Notes: generated from the sequence alone by a model not told the origin. A DNA stretch of 248,000 nt from Octopus vulgaris (GCA_951406725.2 OX597822.1:43420001-43668000), one strand, 5' to 3'; positions 210,935 to 227,484 are shown, numbered from the stretch's first letter. A program made the numbers and translations.

Positions 210935-211190
210935 ATTATTGATTTTGCACTGCTTCTAACGCTGGAGATGTACTGCGTTGTCAGCTGTTCACTACTAATC
211001 AACTAAGGTAACACATCGTATTTTTCGAGCACTTTCCGGAGTATACAAGCGGTTCGAAGCAGTACTGTTTTCTGCAAGTGATCCACCCTTATTGCAGTCC
211101 CTATTTGTTCCACGTACTTCTCAAGATATTTACTCACTATTCCCAGGGCTCCGATAACATTTTCCTCTAAAGCAACGCCCCCCACAAAAA
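210935..211190 (-). mobile_element. R4 family 2 3' end
   Basis: IVGALGIVSKYLEKY...QKTVLL; UTR as at 44300-44400. Confidence 0.8.
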
Positions 211191-211939
211191 AAAAACTGAT
211201 TTATTCCCAACACTCTTAATCGCAAAAAGAGAAACAATCAACCGTATATAGCACTGGTTGTTTTACTTAGTAGCTGCTAGCTGTCAGTAGCAACCTCATC
211301 GAATGGCTATCAGCAACATTCAAGTGCTTTAGCTCAACGTGATCTCAAAACAGACAATGAGAGCAAGAAATTTTCGTCATCCAGTTGCATTTATCCTTAT
211401 TTAGGGGTTGCGAAATACTTGTAAGTCAAAGGCATACATACACACGAACAGAGGTGTTTCCTTCTCTTCTACGATTCTTAAAACATTGCAACATTAATGA
211501 ACTACCAATTCAAATATGACGTCTACGAAAGTTGTTATTAGTAAATTTTTCGTCTGTACATCTGTAATAAACACATATATATGTGTAAATATATATGCGT
211601 AGAGGCGCAATGGCCTAGTGGTTAGGGCAGCGGACTCGCGGTCGCAGGATCGCGGTTTCGATTCTCAGACCGGGCGTTGTGTGTGTTTATTGAGCGAAAA
211701 CACCTAAAAGCTCTACGAGGCTCCGGCAGGGGGTGGTGATCCCTGCTGTACTCTTTCACCACAATGGCGGTGCCCCAGCATGGCCACAGCTCAAGAGCTG
211801 AAACTGGAAAAACAAAACAAACAAAAAAAAAAAAAATACATATATATATACATATCACATACATATACTCCTTAGTGGACTGCTAATACAAAAACAATTC
211901 CTTACGTCACAATATTTGGCACATATATGTCTTTCTCAT

Positions 211940-211983
<44 letters not shown>

Positions 211984-213033
211984 GCTTTGCTCCTAGACGT
212001 AGAAATATGTATGTATGTGTGCGTATACATATGTAGCAAATAAACCTAATTAAATCGTGTATAAATACATATACATATTTAGGTGTATACTAATCAATTT
212101 TGCAATATGAAACACTTACTTAATATGAATGGAGAACGAACCAGCGTTCATGCTTTGGTGTCGTCTGCTTAATAATGGCACCCTGTAGCACTATAGATAA
212201 CACTTCAATATAAAAGCATGACTGTCGTTCTGCCTTGTAATTCATGAAATAATACATGTTTTAATGCAGGGATTCTTTCGATATCCCTCCTAATTTCGTT
212301 TCTGTCTTTATGGCACAAAATTAGGTTCTTATTCGGAAAGTTTACATCAATATATTCTACGTTTCTGCTAGACGGAGTTTCAATCCATTTATTTAATGGT
212401 TGACATTTTCGATCATTGCTCTCTTTATGGCTACTACTTCGCTGACGTTCTGCTTTAATGGCTAGGAATATCTTTTGTGTTTATGGATATATCTTTACTT
212501 GCATTCTTCTTTAATGATCCAATATACTCGGATGAAGTTGTATCATTACTTCATGTATTTCAGAAGATTTGGTTGTGCTGAGTGTATCAGATTTCAAACG
212601 TATCCTATAAGTATGTTTGATATAAGCTTTTTAAGGCAAATGTTCACGAAACACAACCGTACATAGATCAATGGTGTGTGTATATTTACAAACACGCGCA
212701 CAATATGTGGTGTGTTCGTGTGCGTGTGCCTTTGTGTCTGTGTACGCATGTCAATGTATTTCACGTATCCACTCGAAAATGTGATGAGTAGGCGTATCTC
212801 TTTACACAAACACGCGCGCACGCACACATACGCACGTATATATATATATTTAAATACTTGTGTAGAAATAGCATGACACTGCATGAAGTTAAACTATTGA
212901 ATACAGGTATGCTTATGAGTCTGTATTCATATACACATTGACATGCATGTATGCACGTACACGCACAAACACACACACACGGACACACACACATATATAG
213001 ATCCACCTATGGTTATATGCATGTATATGTATG

Positions 213034-213065
<32 letters not shown>

Positions 213066-213099
213066 TGTGTGTTTATTCATACACACACTGGCACACACA

Positions 213100-213197
<98 letters not shown>

Positions 213198-214294
213198 ATT
213201 TAATATAGCCAATATTTAAATTTGAGCTATTATAGCAATCTTTCAATCTCAAATAAACTACATGGATGGTCATTTGTGAATAAACAAGTACGGCAAAGGA
213301 CGCTGATCTTTGCGAAAATATAAGCAAAAATGTAAATGATGGAAAAGCAAAATGTGGAATGGGAAAAAGATAAACAAAGCGAAACTTAAGAATTACATCC
213401 TTTTGCCTATTCTAATGTGAATTAATTGGTGAAAATTAATTCAAAGGGAAGAAGGTAAAAGTCTGAGATTTTTTCTGTTTAATCCGTAGCGTGTTGTGAC
213501 CTCCAGTAGAATAAAAGAAATTTCTCCATATACCTACATTTGATAAACATTTCAAATTTGGCATGTTGTAGGTTTTCGGAGTTCTTAGATCTAAAACAAT
213601 ATGAAATCGTTTGGCGAAACGATACCTGCATGTATTCGATCCATGAACGTGTGGTGTTGGTAGTTTCACTGCGCTCCACTTGATGGTGCGTGGTGAGCAT
213701 TTGGTCTTAAAATCCCAGCTATGGCTAGCAAACTTCGTGGCTTTCTTCTCATCCACGTGTCGGAAAGAAGATGCGTATTTGTGTACCGTTTTTAAAATTT
213801 CCTTCATACATATCAATAGAAGAGTACCATGGATTAACTAAAGTCCATCTTTGAAATTTTTATTAATGGACAGATATGAAGAAATTTATTTTGTTTGAGA
213901 GGAAAGTACTACCCACTGCGGATTAGGCAGTCTAACAAACTTCTGTCTTCTCTTTGAATTAACTTACATCAGCCTTATAAATTCTTAATAGAATTGACAG
214001 AAGGTCGTAACTCTTGGTTCTCTTTTTCTTCTTTCTTATTCCACTTTTTTTCTTTTAACTTGCTCTCATCCGTTCCGTGTTTGCTCAAAGACCAGTACCC
214101 TTTCACGTTTTCTCAAAATCTAACAGGTATATTGTATATTGAATCCTGAAGACGGCTTCGAAAGAAAGTATCGTATTCAAGCTTGTCAGTTTTTGTACCA
214201 TGAAATTACTGTGTATATTAAATGATACTTATCTATCTTTGGAAGGTATACATCCATTGTTACTCGCACCATTAACGGAACAGCAAATTATATG

Positions 214295-214343
<49 letters not shown>

Positions 214344-214344
<1 letters not shown>

Positions 214345-215600
214345 TTGGTCATCTAACAAATAATAGGATTTTTTATATTTCCTTCATTTTTCAAAATTGA
214401 GATAAACAAAGTTATTTTTTAATCTAAAATACAATGTCCTTCATTTTATACACTTTTCTTCCATCTATCTGTTTGACTTGCAAAGACCCTCTTCCAAATT
214501 TTCCTAGTCCGTAACGAAACATACTCTTCCAGTACTGTTCTAAACTCATCTACAGAATTCATATTTCTTTCCGTGCAAATGATTTTGAAGACTGAGGAAT
214601 AAATGATAATCAGAAGGAACAATGTCCAACGAATGTCGTGGGTGCGGCATCATTTCCAATTCAACCTGTTCCAACCTTTCGAATGTCATTCTTGCGGTAT
214701 GTGGCCGAGCATTATCCTGATGGAAGAACACCTTTCGTTTGAAACCAAAGATGGACGTTTTTCTTCTAACGCTGACTTGAGCCGCTCAAGCTGTTCCTGG
214801 TAGATCTCCTTTCTCTTCGTTTGCCTTGGGTTTAAAAGTTCAAAGTGGACTAAACCTTTCATATCCCACTAAACAGATAACAACACCTTACATGGATGAC
214901 GACTTTTCTTAGCCTGGGGTGCTGTTGTTTTTCCTTTCCCTATCCGCTGTCTTCGGCGCTTGACATTTTTATAGGGAACCCATTTCCCGTCACCAGTCAC
215001 TTTTCGGTACAAAAATGTTCATTCGTGAGACGTGACAGCAAAGAAGAGCACACATTCACTCTCTGCGCTCGATAAGACTCTGAAAATTTGTGAGGAACCT
215101 ATTGACCCGATTTTTTTACTTTTTCGCTGGCACGCAGATGTCGATGAATGGTTGAATGACCAAATCTAAGCTACTCTGCTAGTTCCTCAACAGTTACGAT
215201 GGGATTTTTTTACACCAGTGTTTGCAGGACGTTATCGTCGAGCTCTACAGATCTTCCAGGACGAGGCTCATCTTCTTGGCTGCATTTCCCGGCTCGGAAT
215301 TTATTGAACCACCATTGACACTCGCTTACGTTTATTGTCCGATCCTTATATTCATCGCATTCTCCATTGCGTTGCTGTCTTTCTTGAACACATAAAGCAA
215401 AATATGCCGAATATGCTCCTTTGCCACTCCCATTATAGCTTTGAAAAAATAACTGTTAAAATCAAACTGCACTCCTCAAAACTTGTACTAAGAATAAGTA
215501 CAGGTATTTATAGCAAGTTGATGAAGGTAGTTTATCCCAACCCTCACCGATTTTTAGTTCATGCAGTTGAAAAAACCGTATTATTTATGGGACGACACAA
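214344..215600 (-). mobile_element. Degenerate mariner (same family as 186353)
   Basis: FHQDNARPH, HSLDIVPSDYHLF; TIR remnants. Confidence 0.85.
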
Positions 215601-215620
215601 TATATATATATATATATATG

Positions 215621-215666
<46 letters not shown>

Positions 215667-215864
215667 CGTAAGTATGTATGTATACTGACATATAAGCGAC
215701 GGACGACTTTCAGTTTCCATCTACCAAATCCCTTCACAAGGCTCTGGTCGACCCGAGGTTATATAAGAAGAAACTTGCGCAAGATGCTACTGGGTGGGAG
215801 TGAACCAGGAACCATGTGGCTGGGAAGCCAACTTCTTACAACACAACCAAGCCTGTGCCAACAA

Positions 215865-215896
<32 letters not shown>

Positions 215897-216134
215897 ACAC
215901 ACACACACATACACACACACACACTCACACATACCTACGACGGACTTCTTTCAATTTCCGTCTGCCAAATCCACTCACAAGGCTTTGTTGGCCCCTGGCT
216001 AAGTAGTAGAAGACAATTACCAAAAGTGCTACGCAGTGGGATTGAACCTGGAAGCATGTGGTTTGAAAGCACGCTTCGTACCACACAGCCACTCCTGTGT
216101 CTATTTACACACACACACACACATACACACACAC

Positions 216135-216181
<47 letters not shown>

Positions 216182-217108
216182 TACTGTGTTGTCAACAGAA
216201 ACCTTTTTGTAATTTCTAAATTATGGCGAGTCATAGAATTTTTCTATCTCACGGAATTAAAGCAAACGACTCTTAAATGGTTGAACATTCCTACCAAAGA
216301 CATCCACGAACGTCGTTTAATTAAAAATGATATTACACATAATTACGTACGCTATCTTCAGTTGAACTATTAAAAAGTTTAAAGAAACATTTAAATCTGC
216401 TTGGGTAGAAAATCAAATTAGTTTCCTAAAGTAAAAATTAGTTTTCTGAGGTAAAAAGAAATAGAAAAAAATTATAAAATAATAGAAAGTAGGAGTTAAA
216501 ATAGAAGAAGGATGTAAACCATGTGTGCTGTTTAAAATTGTTATCTATTATGGAACAGACAAGAAGCACGATTAGAGAGCATTTGAACGTTTTATTCTAT
216601 CAAAGAAAGATTTGAAAAGGAATAAATGAATTGGTTGCACGAAAAAAATTTCAGCCTGAAGGTTGACAGATGCTTGATTAGATACGTGAAATCGAAGATT
216701 TGAAAGTCATTGCGGGAATTACAAGTAAATTTAATGAAAACAGTGATTCTGTTCAGTGAGTACATTCTAAAATAGTGCTAAATCTTTGTAGCATTTCAAA
216801 AAAATGTGCTATAAGAGACATTCGAACACAGCGAAAAACGCTCTTTGTTTTTTAATTACAGTCACAGAAGCACTTCTAATGAGGGGTTTGTAATAATAGA
216901 AGTAACTGTATTTGTTTCAGTCCTTAGACTGGGGCATCGATTTGAAGGGTGTTTTTAGTGGAGCAAATCGACGTCAGCACTGGTGTTTATTACATTCATT
217001 TCATTAGCCGAACCGCTACCCTGGACAGAAAGAAGCCAACACCGGTTGTGTGGGTACGAACACAATGATACACACATAGATAGATACACGCACGCACGCA
217101 CGCACACA

Positions 217109-217185
<77 letters not shown>

Positions 217186-217928
217186 CATTACGCAAAACAT
217201 TCTTAAATACAGATGCTGACATATGACCAACGTTGAACCCCTTATATACATATATACACACATGTTCTACGATCTATCTTCTTTCAACTTCCGTCACCCA
217301 ATCCACTTACAGTGGGATGATCGGCCGGGGCTATAGTAGAAGATATTTGTTCAAGGTTCCAGTATGCAGTGAGAATGAACACGAAACTGTATTTTTGGGA
217401 AGCAAGCTTCTTCCCACACAGTCACGCCTGTACTTCTATATTACGTTTTCATGTTTAACCTGCTCTGTCAGAAGTGGGAAAGAAGCGGTCCAATGGTTAT
217501 TGCCCTTCTATCTTGGTAGATTTCATACCAAGAGTGATCCACTTGAATATATATTTCTTTACTACCCACAAGCGGCTAAACACAGAGGGGATAAACAAGG
217601 ACAGACAAACGGATTAAGTCGATTACATCGACCCCAGTGCGTAACTGGTACTTAATTTATCGACCCCGAAAGGATGAAAGGCAAAGTCGACCTCGGCGGA
217701 ATTTGAACTCAGAACGTAACGGCAGACGAAATACGGCTACGCATTTCGCCCGGCGTGCTAACGTTTCTGCCAGCTCGCCACTTGAATATATGCTAGTCTG
217801 CACCTGCGGGAAGGGTTTGAACAATGAGGGAATTCTGGGGTGCGAGGATGGCATCATTTGAAAAAGAACTGGGCTTAGTCATCAGTGCGGGACCTGGAGG
217901 GATGGCATACACACACACACACACGCAC

Positions 217929-217986
<58 letters not shown>

Positions 217987-220900
217987 ACACACACACACAA
218001 AAGATACGAGAAAGGTATATATGAGTGTCTCGGGAAAGCTTGAGTAGAAACGGCAAGAGCTCTTCCAGCGCATACGAATTGCAGCCCTAGGGGAGTCGCA
218101 GAAAAGGCAGAGAGAGGAGGTCGGTTTGGTTAGAAATACTATTTGTAAGTGGAATTCGTATAGACCAAATAAAATGCATTACGAATGTGTAAAGACAAAG
218201 TTAAAATCTGTTCTCACTTCATTAGAATGAGAATGTTGCGTCAGTTACGATATGTGAAAGAAGATATGATTACGGAACAATATAAGCGTCACAAAATATA
218301 TATTTCTAGGCATGACATCGCCTTGCAAAATGCGGGCTTTCCTAGTCAAACGTTGTAACTTAGTAACCAACACCTACATGATTACATCGTCGCCATATTT
218401 CGCAATTACATGCAATCCAGATGCAAAACCATCATCATCATCTTCATTGTCATCATCATCATTGTCATCATCATCGTCAACAACTACAAGCCCTACCCAT
218501 TATTGACTCGAATCCTAGGACTCATCGGGCCGCTTACCCGGCTTTGATGGCGTTTAATTTACCGAGTTCACAGTATCCTCGCTGAACAGGACGCTAGTCC
218601 GTCGGAGGGTAACTCGTTTATGGCTGACTGAACCGGAACAATGTAAAAAGAAGAGTTTTGCTCAAAAGCCCAACACGACGCCTGGACGGGAATCGAAACC
218701 ATGACCATACGAATATGAGCGCAACAACGTATACTCTTGGCTACGCGCCTTCACTTTCTGACCTCCATACCATTGCAAATATCTGGTATCAAATCAAACA
218801 GAAAATTTAAAACCAGGATTTCAATTTTTCGGACTACTCAATCGTTGCTTGATGTAATTCACTCCAAAAGGTATTTTGTTCTTATCGTGTCTTACTGCAT
218901 TTACGTAAGTAAAGCTGCAGTCAAACGCAATCCTTTACGTCGAGAAACTTTATTATTCAACTGATAATGCGATCACCAATAATAACGTTTCATGAAATTA
219001 GAGCTTCAGTTTGATATTGATGCAGAGGTAATATGAACTACAACCAGCTAGATTTATATATTAATCCACCAATAGGCAACATATGAATCCAGCTTCGATT
219101 TAGAGCTAGAAAGTCACCTTAAACAGTCTTCATCATTATGTAAAATGCTTGCAACACGACAACATTATTAGATAATTATGACATCAAGTCTCTCGGAATT
219201 GTTTGCTTTGCTATCAGTTGTCAAACCACAATTATTAACAGAATGCGGAATATCGCTCAGAGATGACGGATTCTATCTGTATTCTGCTATCTATCAATGT
219301 TTGCGTCAGTATTTATTTAATCAGTGTTTGCTAATATGCCCTATTCACCCTTAAGAATCGTAGCTGTATTATTTGGTTAAGTTATTAATCTTGCGTGTGG
219401 TTTATCATTTCTTCTGCGTCGATATACAAGAGTTGCAAGCTCCTAAGGCATTAACATTACTAATCATATTTGTCTATCAAAGCTGATAGCTCAAATAGTC
219501 CTGAGCAGTGTTCCTGGGTGATTTCAGTGTCGGACAACTAAGAACACATGATACTCAAACAAGCAATATATCGTCCATTTTGCGAATACTATTGTGAATC
219601 AGTTTTAATACGACCATTTTTTCAACAATTCCGCTTTTGGTTGACATGGAAACGTTGACATAGGTTTATATCCAGTCGGTTCGGGCCAATACACAAGTCT
219701 TTACCATAAAATTAGCATGTTCGGTCGGATTCTAGTTTCTTGGAGTAAAATTTCCAGTAAAAATCACTTCGCAGTACTTGCTTGTCTAGAAGCTTCTGCT
219801 TCTTTACCCTTGTAGTGAAAATGCAACCAGCCGTCACTTGCGAGCGAATATGGTTTGATAACAGGTAGCTCACTTTCGGTGATTCTTTCAGCTGCAAGCA
219901 GAGATACATACGCTCGTAGTCCCACCTCACTCAGCAGGATACCCAACATGCGACTGCTGGAGGGTAGAGGGCGGCACCAGCATTTTGACTCGTACTTACT
220001 TTAAGCTGAGTTGTCGGTGACAATGAGGAAGTGTCTTGCTCAAGGTGAAGATGTACTGCTTGGTCCAGGAATCGAAACACACAATTTTACGATCACGTGT
220101 CAAATACCCTGAAGGTGATGTCATGTGACTTCCCTTTCAATTAAAAATTTTTACTTATCCTCTTCACCCGCAAGGAGGCTTCTACAAATATCAAAAACAT
220201 TCCTAAATTTTTGATAGACATCTACTATCATCAAAAACCCACGAGCATATAAGCGATCAAGATCACAGCAACCCACCCTCACTCCCGAACGAGACGCCGG
220301 ACCATGGCAGGGTTACTCATTTCCGGCCGAGCAACATGAAATGAAAGGTTTAATTCAAGAACACAACACACCGACCGATCAGGGAATCGAGATCACTCTC
220401 TTGCGATCTAGAGTGCAACACGCTAACCACTACGCCACACGCCTTCACCTCATGCATATGTACCAATAAGTTAATTTTTTAAAGCTACGTTTGCACTGCT
220501 TTAACTAATTCTAGTTTTATTTTAGCACAGCTGTCTTTCACCTTAAATATCCTCATAGAAGTCTAGTCACCTTGTTTATAATATCGGTTGATCCCCTGAT
220601 GCTTTCGAGACGACTCAATGTCTATCATCATCATGGCTTTCTTCTATCATTAATATTCTCAAAGACATTGGTAACAATAAATTCCTCATTATGTGAAATA
220701 ACATCTTGAACTGCTAAATTCCATTTCAATTCCCAAAAATGACATTTCAATGGCGAAAAATTGCTGCAATTATTACTGAGACCATTTTAATATACCAGAT
220801 AAAATATTGTGTTTAGTTGTTTCCTGTTTTATATTTTCATATGCTATAACAGGTTCCTTACAAAACGGATGACAAAAAACGATTATGATATTGATGATGA

Positions 220901-221004
220901 CGATGATGACGACGACGATGATGATGATGTTGATGATCATCATCATCATCCATACCAGCATCAGCAATACATTCCAGTTACGATTATGCATCAGTATATG
221001 GCAG

Positions 221005-221060
<56 letters not shown>

Positions 221061-221062
221061 AA

Positions 221063-221569
221063 CTAGCAGTATCGCCCGGCGTTGGTCGGGTTTGTAAGGG
221101 AACTAACTATATAAGCATTTTTAGTGAGTTATAGCAAAAAAATAGGAAAAAAATGGAATAAAAAATGATGGTAATTTTGGTGTCTTCAAACCATGAAGTC
221201 GTTGTTCTAAAAGAACGCTGGTCTCCTTGACAACGCTTTACGACGTTGATTTCCTTGCACTCCCTTCCCCACAGCTTCACGAGGGAGGGAAGAAGGGGGG
221301 AGAAGCAACACAGGTGCAGGTGTGAGCATGGACGCCAACTCTGCCGCCATCGACACACGAAAAAATTGGAAGAAATGGAAAAAAATGATGTTAAATTATT
221401 TTTAAAATCGTAGACTCATCGTAGACGCGCGCTCGATATGAGACGGGCTCGATATGAATCACGACTATAAGATACCCGAATTTGGTTAAACTGCACCGCA
221501 AAATGTGGGAGTACTTAGGAATCTAAATCGTAGGAGACAGACACACAACTACAGTTTTATATATATAGA
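221063..221569 (-). mobile_element. Helitron family A long form
   Basis: CTAG + hairpin end; extra segment as at 114 kb. Confidence 0.85.
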
Positions 221570-223051
221570 TATAATGCTGTTATATTTAAGACGCACCCCA
221601 AAATACATGCAGATAGTACTTTCAACAAGCCATAATTTGTTTTTAAAAATATATTCGAGTGGCCTATTTTTCTAAAACTAACGTAAATTTTTTAAGAAAC
221701 AAAATGGCATAGTCTTCGGGTACACGACCGAATCACTAATTCTCCACCTTTCAATATTCCAGTATCGTGTGTTTCATTTGTGGTTTATGCTCTCGAAAAA
221801 TACAATACAAAATGGCCGTCTTTGCAAACATATTCCCGTCAAAGAATGTTCACTTTTACCTCTTATTAATATAAACTTGTTTGTATCTTCATAAATCTAA
221901 ATTTGGACCACTGACTTTGATACTGATATCAGTCTTATACCCTCAGATGCATTTTATTCATGATCTTCTCATCAAAATGGAACGAAACTTCACGTTTATG
222001 AAGTGCAGCAAATATTGATAACCCTCCGAATATTGCTCCAACGATCTCCTGTATAAATTAACAAATCCCAATAAGATTCTTTTGCTAGATTTACAACCAC
222101 ATGTTTTTACTGATAAATGATGACGTTGGATAAATTCCTTTTTGTTATAGTCACTTTTAAGTTATATCTATAGATTTCCTGTAGAATGTAGAGTCAGAAA
222201 CGAAAGTTACAACGTTTCGTATAAAAATACATCTATGTAAACAATGCGATCGAAGATAGAAAAATAGATAATAGGTGTATATACATATTTCAGGAGTTCT
222301 TGCTTCCTCTTCAACGCTACATCCAACCCATTAACCATCCATGAACACATTGCTTAAACACCGAATATAGTGGTGTAACACAATCGGATATACCCTTTTT
222401 TACAGTCCTGGCAACTGCTACGTACATATTAATTGCTGATAGAGACACTGTATTTCGTTATGCAATCATAATATACTACAAATATATCAAACTTTTTTAT
222501 AAGTCAATGGTACATCCAACCTGTGTTAGCAGTGCGATTCAATCATTTTTAAAGTTATCTCTACAAGCTTTCTCTTGAAACTAGAGCGAGCACTGGAAGT
222601 TACGAATACGTCTATGAAAAGAATGCGATCGAAGATAGAAAAATAAGTCATTGGTGTATATCAATATTTCAGGTGTTATTTCCCTTTCTTCAGTGTCACA
222701 TACAATCTATTAACTAACCACGAACGCTTTGTTTAAATACCTACTATATTTACAGCTGGCTCTAAATTATATACGAAATCTATAGATATAATTAAAAACT
222801 GACTGTATCGCTCTGCTAATACAAAACGTCAGACATACTATTGCCTTATAAATTTTTAATATACTTGGTTGTAAATTATAGTTGCAAAGCAAATTAAGGT
222901 GTCGCTACCAGCATGCAATCTTCTTTGTTAATACTTTAAAATCATAATTCATTAATCTTTGACAAAGGCTTTGCTAGTTCGTTCACTTTAGTACTTCAAC
223001 TCATTTTTAATCTCCTCTACTTGATATGTAGACGCAGAACAGCCTCAGCCT

Positions 223052-223117
<66 letters not shown>

Positions 223118-223121
<4 letters not shown>

Positions 223122-223324
223122 CAATATCAGGGTAGCAAAAAAATTCAATAGAAATCTTTTCGCCACCAGCGGTCTAGTGAGAAAGAAAAAATAGTCAACA
223201 GACTATATAATGTACATTCAACAATAATATTAATGATAACATTGTAATAATTATTACCTATGAGGTTTTTATTCCCATGCTAGACACTTGATATAATCGG
223301 TATTTAAATAAACGATCTTATTCT

Positions 223325-223403
<79 letters not shown>

Positions 223404-223446
223404 GTAACTATGTATGTATATATATAATATATACATACACACACAT

Positions 223447-223494
<48 letters not shown>

Positions 223495-223731
223495 CAATAA
223501 TATTAGGAATGGCCTTAATAGGCCATTCAACTCACTAAAACGAGTAGCCAAACTCAAACCGCTAAATAGTAGTAATTCAGAAATCAAAGGAAAATTAAAA
223601 AAATTAAAAATTAAAAACATTTACCCTTAATTTTCCTTTGATTTCTGAATTACTACTATTTAGCGGTTTGAGTTTGGCTGCTCGTTTTAGTGAGTTGAAT
223701 GGCCTATTAAGGCCATTCCTTAATATTATTG

Positions 223732-223740
<9 letters not shown>
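223118..223740. mobile_element. Diverged relative of the 81/124 kb unit, with a ~115-bp-arm palindrome
   Basis: 223118-223200 matches the unit start; 223490-223740 is an inverted duplication of the ggcc..aataggccattc segment; no hammerhead retained. Confidence 0.65.
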
Positions 223741-223787
<47 letters not shown>

Positions 223788-223855
223788 ATGTATATATTAT
223801 ATATATACATACATAGTTACATATATATAAATATGTGTGTGTGTGGGTATGTATG

Positions 223856-223893
<38 letters not shown>

Positions 223894-224163
223894 AATAAGA
223901 TCGTTTGTTTAAATACCGATTATATCAAGTGGCTAGCATGGGTATAAAAACTTCATAGGTAATAATTATTATTAAAATTATAATTAAGGGTAGCTAGAAA
224001 TCCGGGATCTGGAATTATCCAATAATTTTTTGCTAGTTTAATTTGTCTCCTTGTTTTCTCTCCTGGTTCTGTATGAATATTTGATGTGATTTTAGAGTCA
224101 AGTTTTGACTGCTATCTCTAGCATGATGGTATCTTTTAGATACCCTCAATTACAATATTATAC

Positions 224164-224197
<34 letters not shown>

Positions 224198-224238
224198 GTA
224201 TGTGTGTGTGCGTATATATATATATATATATATATATA

Positions 224239-224310
<72 letters not shown>

Positions 224311-227275
224311 CTTCATAAATAATACTTTCAAATATTAGTACAAAGCCAGCAGATTTTGAGGAAAGGGAGAAATCGATTACATTGACCCAGTACATAACTG
224401 GTATTTATTTTAACGACTCTGAAAAGATGAACGGCATGATCGACCTCGACGGAATTTGAACTCAGTACGCAAAGACGGGAGAAATCACGCTAAGTATTTT
224501 GTCCGACCTGCTAAGGTTTTGTTATCTCTTGACTTTAAACATCTAAGTAAACAATGTTATCTTAAATGTCACTTTGTACAGGTTCAATGTCTTTGTGAAG
224601 CATAGCCGCATGAAATATGTTTATTTCATACGAAGACATGTTCATCTTAAAACTCATCTGTATATTCACCGTTGTGAAATCTCCTGGGTCTGAGCTAAAT
224701 AATCTCATGCCAGAAAGAGAATGAAATAGGTAAAGTTGTTTAAGAATCTGAATACATTCTTGTACATATTCTTAGTTTTCCATCTGCTCTTCACATTAGC
224801 TCTAGAGAGGTAACTTATAATTTGCAACACCATCTCAAATAAAGATTTTATTTTGTAAAAGAAAATTTCCTTTAGCAAAATAGCTGTTTCATATTTAATG
224901 TATACATAGGCGCAGGAGTGGCTGTGTGGTAAGTAGCTTTCTTACCAACCATATGGTTCCGGGCTCAGTCCCACTGCGTGCATGGTATCTTGGGCAAGTG
225001 TCTTCTACTATAGCCTCGGGCCGAGGAAAGTCCTGTGAGTGGATTTGGTAAACGGAAACTGAAAGAAGCCCGTCGTATATATGTATATATATGTGTGTGT
225101 GTGTTTGTGTTTGTCACCCTAGCATTATGGTGTGTTTACTTTCGAACTTTCAATGGGGCGTATTCGCAACCAGCTGCAATCATGAACGAAAGTTGTCATC
225201 TCTGACGAAAGAAAAAGCGAAGAAAACATTCACTGATGTAGCCACCCGGTTGATGAAAAATCCGTTATACGCAATTGAGGCAAGATTTAATTTAGATAGC
225301 CAACTATAAAGAATACTTTCCTGCAGTAATTTTCTCCGCTTTGCTGTAATTAATAGTTGAATGTGTAGTGGTTTTGCTTCTAAATTACATGGCTTGATAT
225401 AGCCTTTGAGGAGAAAGTTAGCCTCCAAGACACATACTCCTTCAAAGAGTCCTGGAACTTCGGTTTTATGAATTAAGGTAGAAATGTCAGCATATATCAC
225501 ATCCATATCGCTCAACCCACGAGTTTTCTTACATTTACCAATAATGATATAAAAAAAAAATGGCAAAAAGAAAAAAAAAGAACCTTCCACGCTCTTATCA
225601 GTTTCTTTAATGCGTCAAACTTTCCTAGAATTTTAACAAGTGATCCATCAAATTGTTTTAGTTTGCGATTACACTGTTCCATATTTTTTGTTTATTCAAA
225701 TCAGCCCAGAAGTTTTCATGTAATTACAGTTACCTGACTGCCAGTGTCAACCTGCATCTCAAATTTACCATTATTGCGTTTCACTTTGATCCTTGGGATA
225801 TTTTTTTAGGATAATTTCATAAATACCTGCAGAATATTCATTTTCAATTACCTCAATTTCCTCGATCGTTTTTTTTATATATTCACATTCTGCCTGAAAG
225901 AGATCCTCTTTCATTTAATACACGTTTTACAAAAAATGCAGGACACATGGTTGGTGCAGGGTTATGTCGATATTTCATATTTTTCCTATTTATATTTGTA
226001 TCTGCCATCATGTCACGTAGTCATAATACCAGTATTTATCCGCTACTAATATATTTTTTGCATTTTTTACACAGTACGCCCATAAGGGATATTAAGGAAA
226101 GAATTTCACAGTTAATTTACCTTTCACGATGTGTCTGTTTTAATTATTATGAATAGATGGCTATTTTAACCTAATAATATTTATGTTGCATATAATGAGT
226201 TTTTATTCAGCCGGATGGTTAAACGCAACTTCAGTGATTTTTTCAGTCCCTAAATTCCTATAACGGTGGAGGCAGATTTTTCTTTTCATGCGGTTGGCAG
226301 TGAGCGCATGTTACCGACAAAGCCTGGAAAGCCAGATATATACCTCTATCGTTCTCAACACTGTTGCAGGATTATTTTCATCTGTTAGTGATATAGTTTA
226401 GTGTTTTTAAACATACTGTATCCATAACAGTTATTACTTCCGGAAGAATACCGTAGTTAATTTTCCTTTTGGCGATGAATCTGCATTGAGTATGATACAC
226501 TGATATCTATTTTTATTTATATCTTGGATATAATTCTGTTGTGTCTGGGGAGAGTAATTCTCTTTTAGTGCTTTATAATGTAACACACTCACTGGTAAAA
226601 TTTCCACTCATTTACTTATTTATTTTTCTAAAATCTTCGCTGCATCTTGCAACCTTCTCAATAGTTGTTGACTCTGTCCATTATTGAAGCTGTTCCATTC
226701 TTATTTCATTTCAGTTTTGTGGCGTATAGAAATCATTTCAAGCCATTGAAGGAATTCAATACACGAATAAATCCTTTAGTATTGAAACTGGCCATATCCG
226801 GCCAAAATACTCAACTTGTTTTATGTTCAAACTAGCCATATATAACCTTTCAGGCCGACTCTACACTGTCATTCTAAAAATGGACCGTTGCACCGTACCA
226901 TCATCAAATTTTCGAAGCTACAAGATAATGAATGATTAATCCAACACAATATGAATAGATAAGCATCATATTTGAATCCTCTAATTGAAGATATTCGACG
227001 ATTACAGAGATATTCGACCAATTCCGAATAAAGTTAAGGTATTCTCCAACTCTATATGACTTCTTGCGCTTTATTTATAAGCAGAATTAAAATATGCTTA
227101 TGAACTAACTTTTCTATGTTATATATATCCAATCATTCAGGATGTAGATTATCTCTGATGATATTTTAGATTATATATGTATACATTCATACATGTGCAC
227201 ACACACACACGCACACTCATATATATATATATATATATATATACTTTATTTTAAGCAGCAGAAAATTCAACAAAT

Positions 227276-227317
<42 letters not shown>

Positions 227318-227484
227318 ATATGTATATATGTATATATATATATATATGTATATATGTATATATATATATGTATATATGTATATATATATGTATATATGTG
227401 TATATATATATATATGTATATATGTATATATATATATGTATATATGTATATGTATATATGTATATATGTATATATATATATGTA

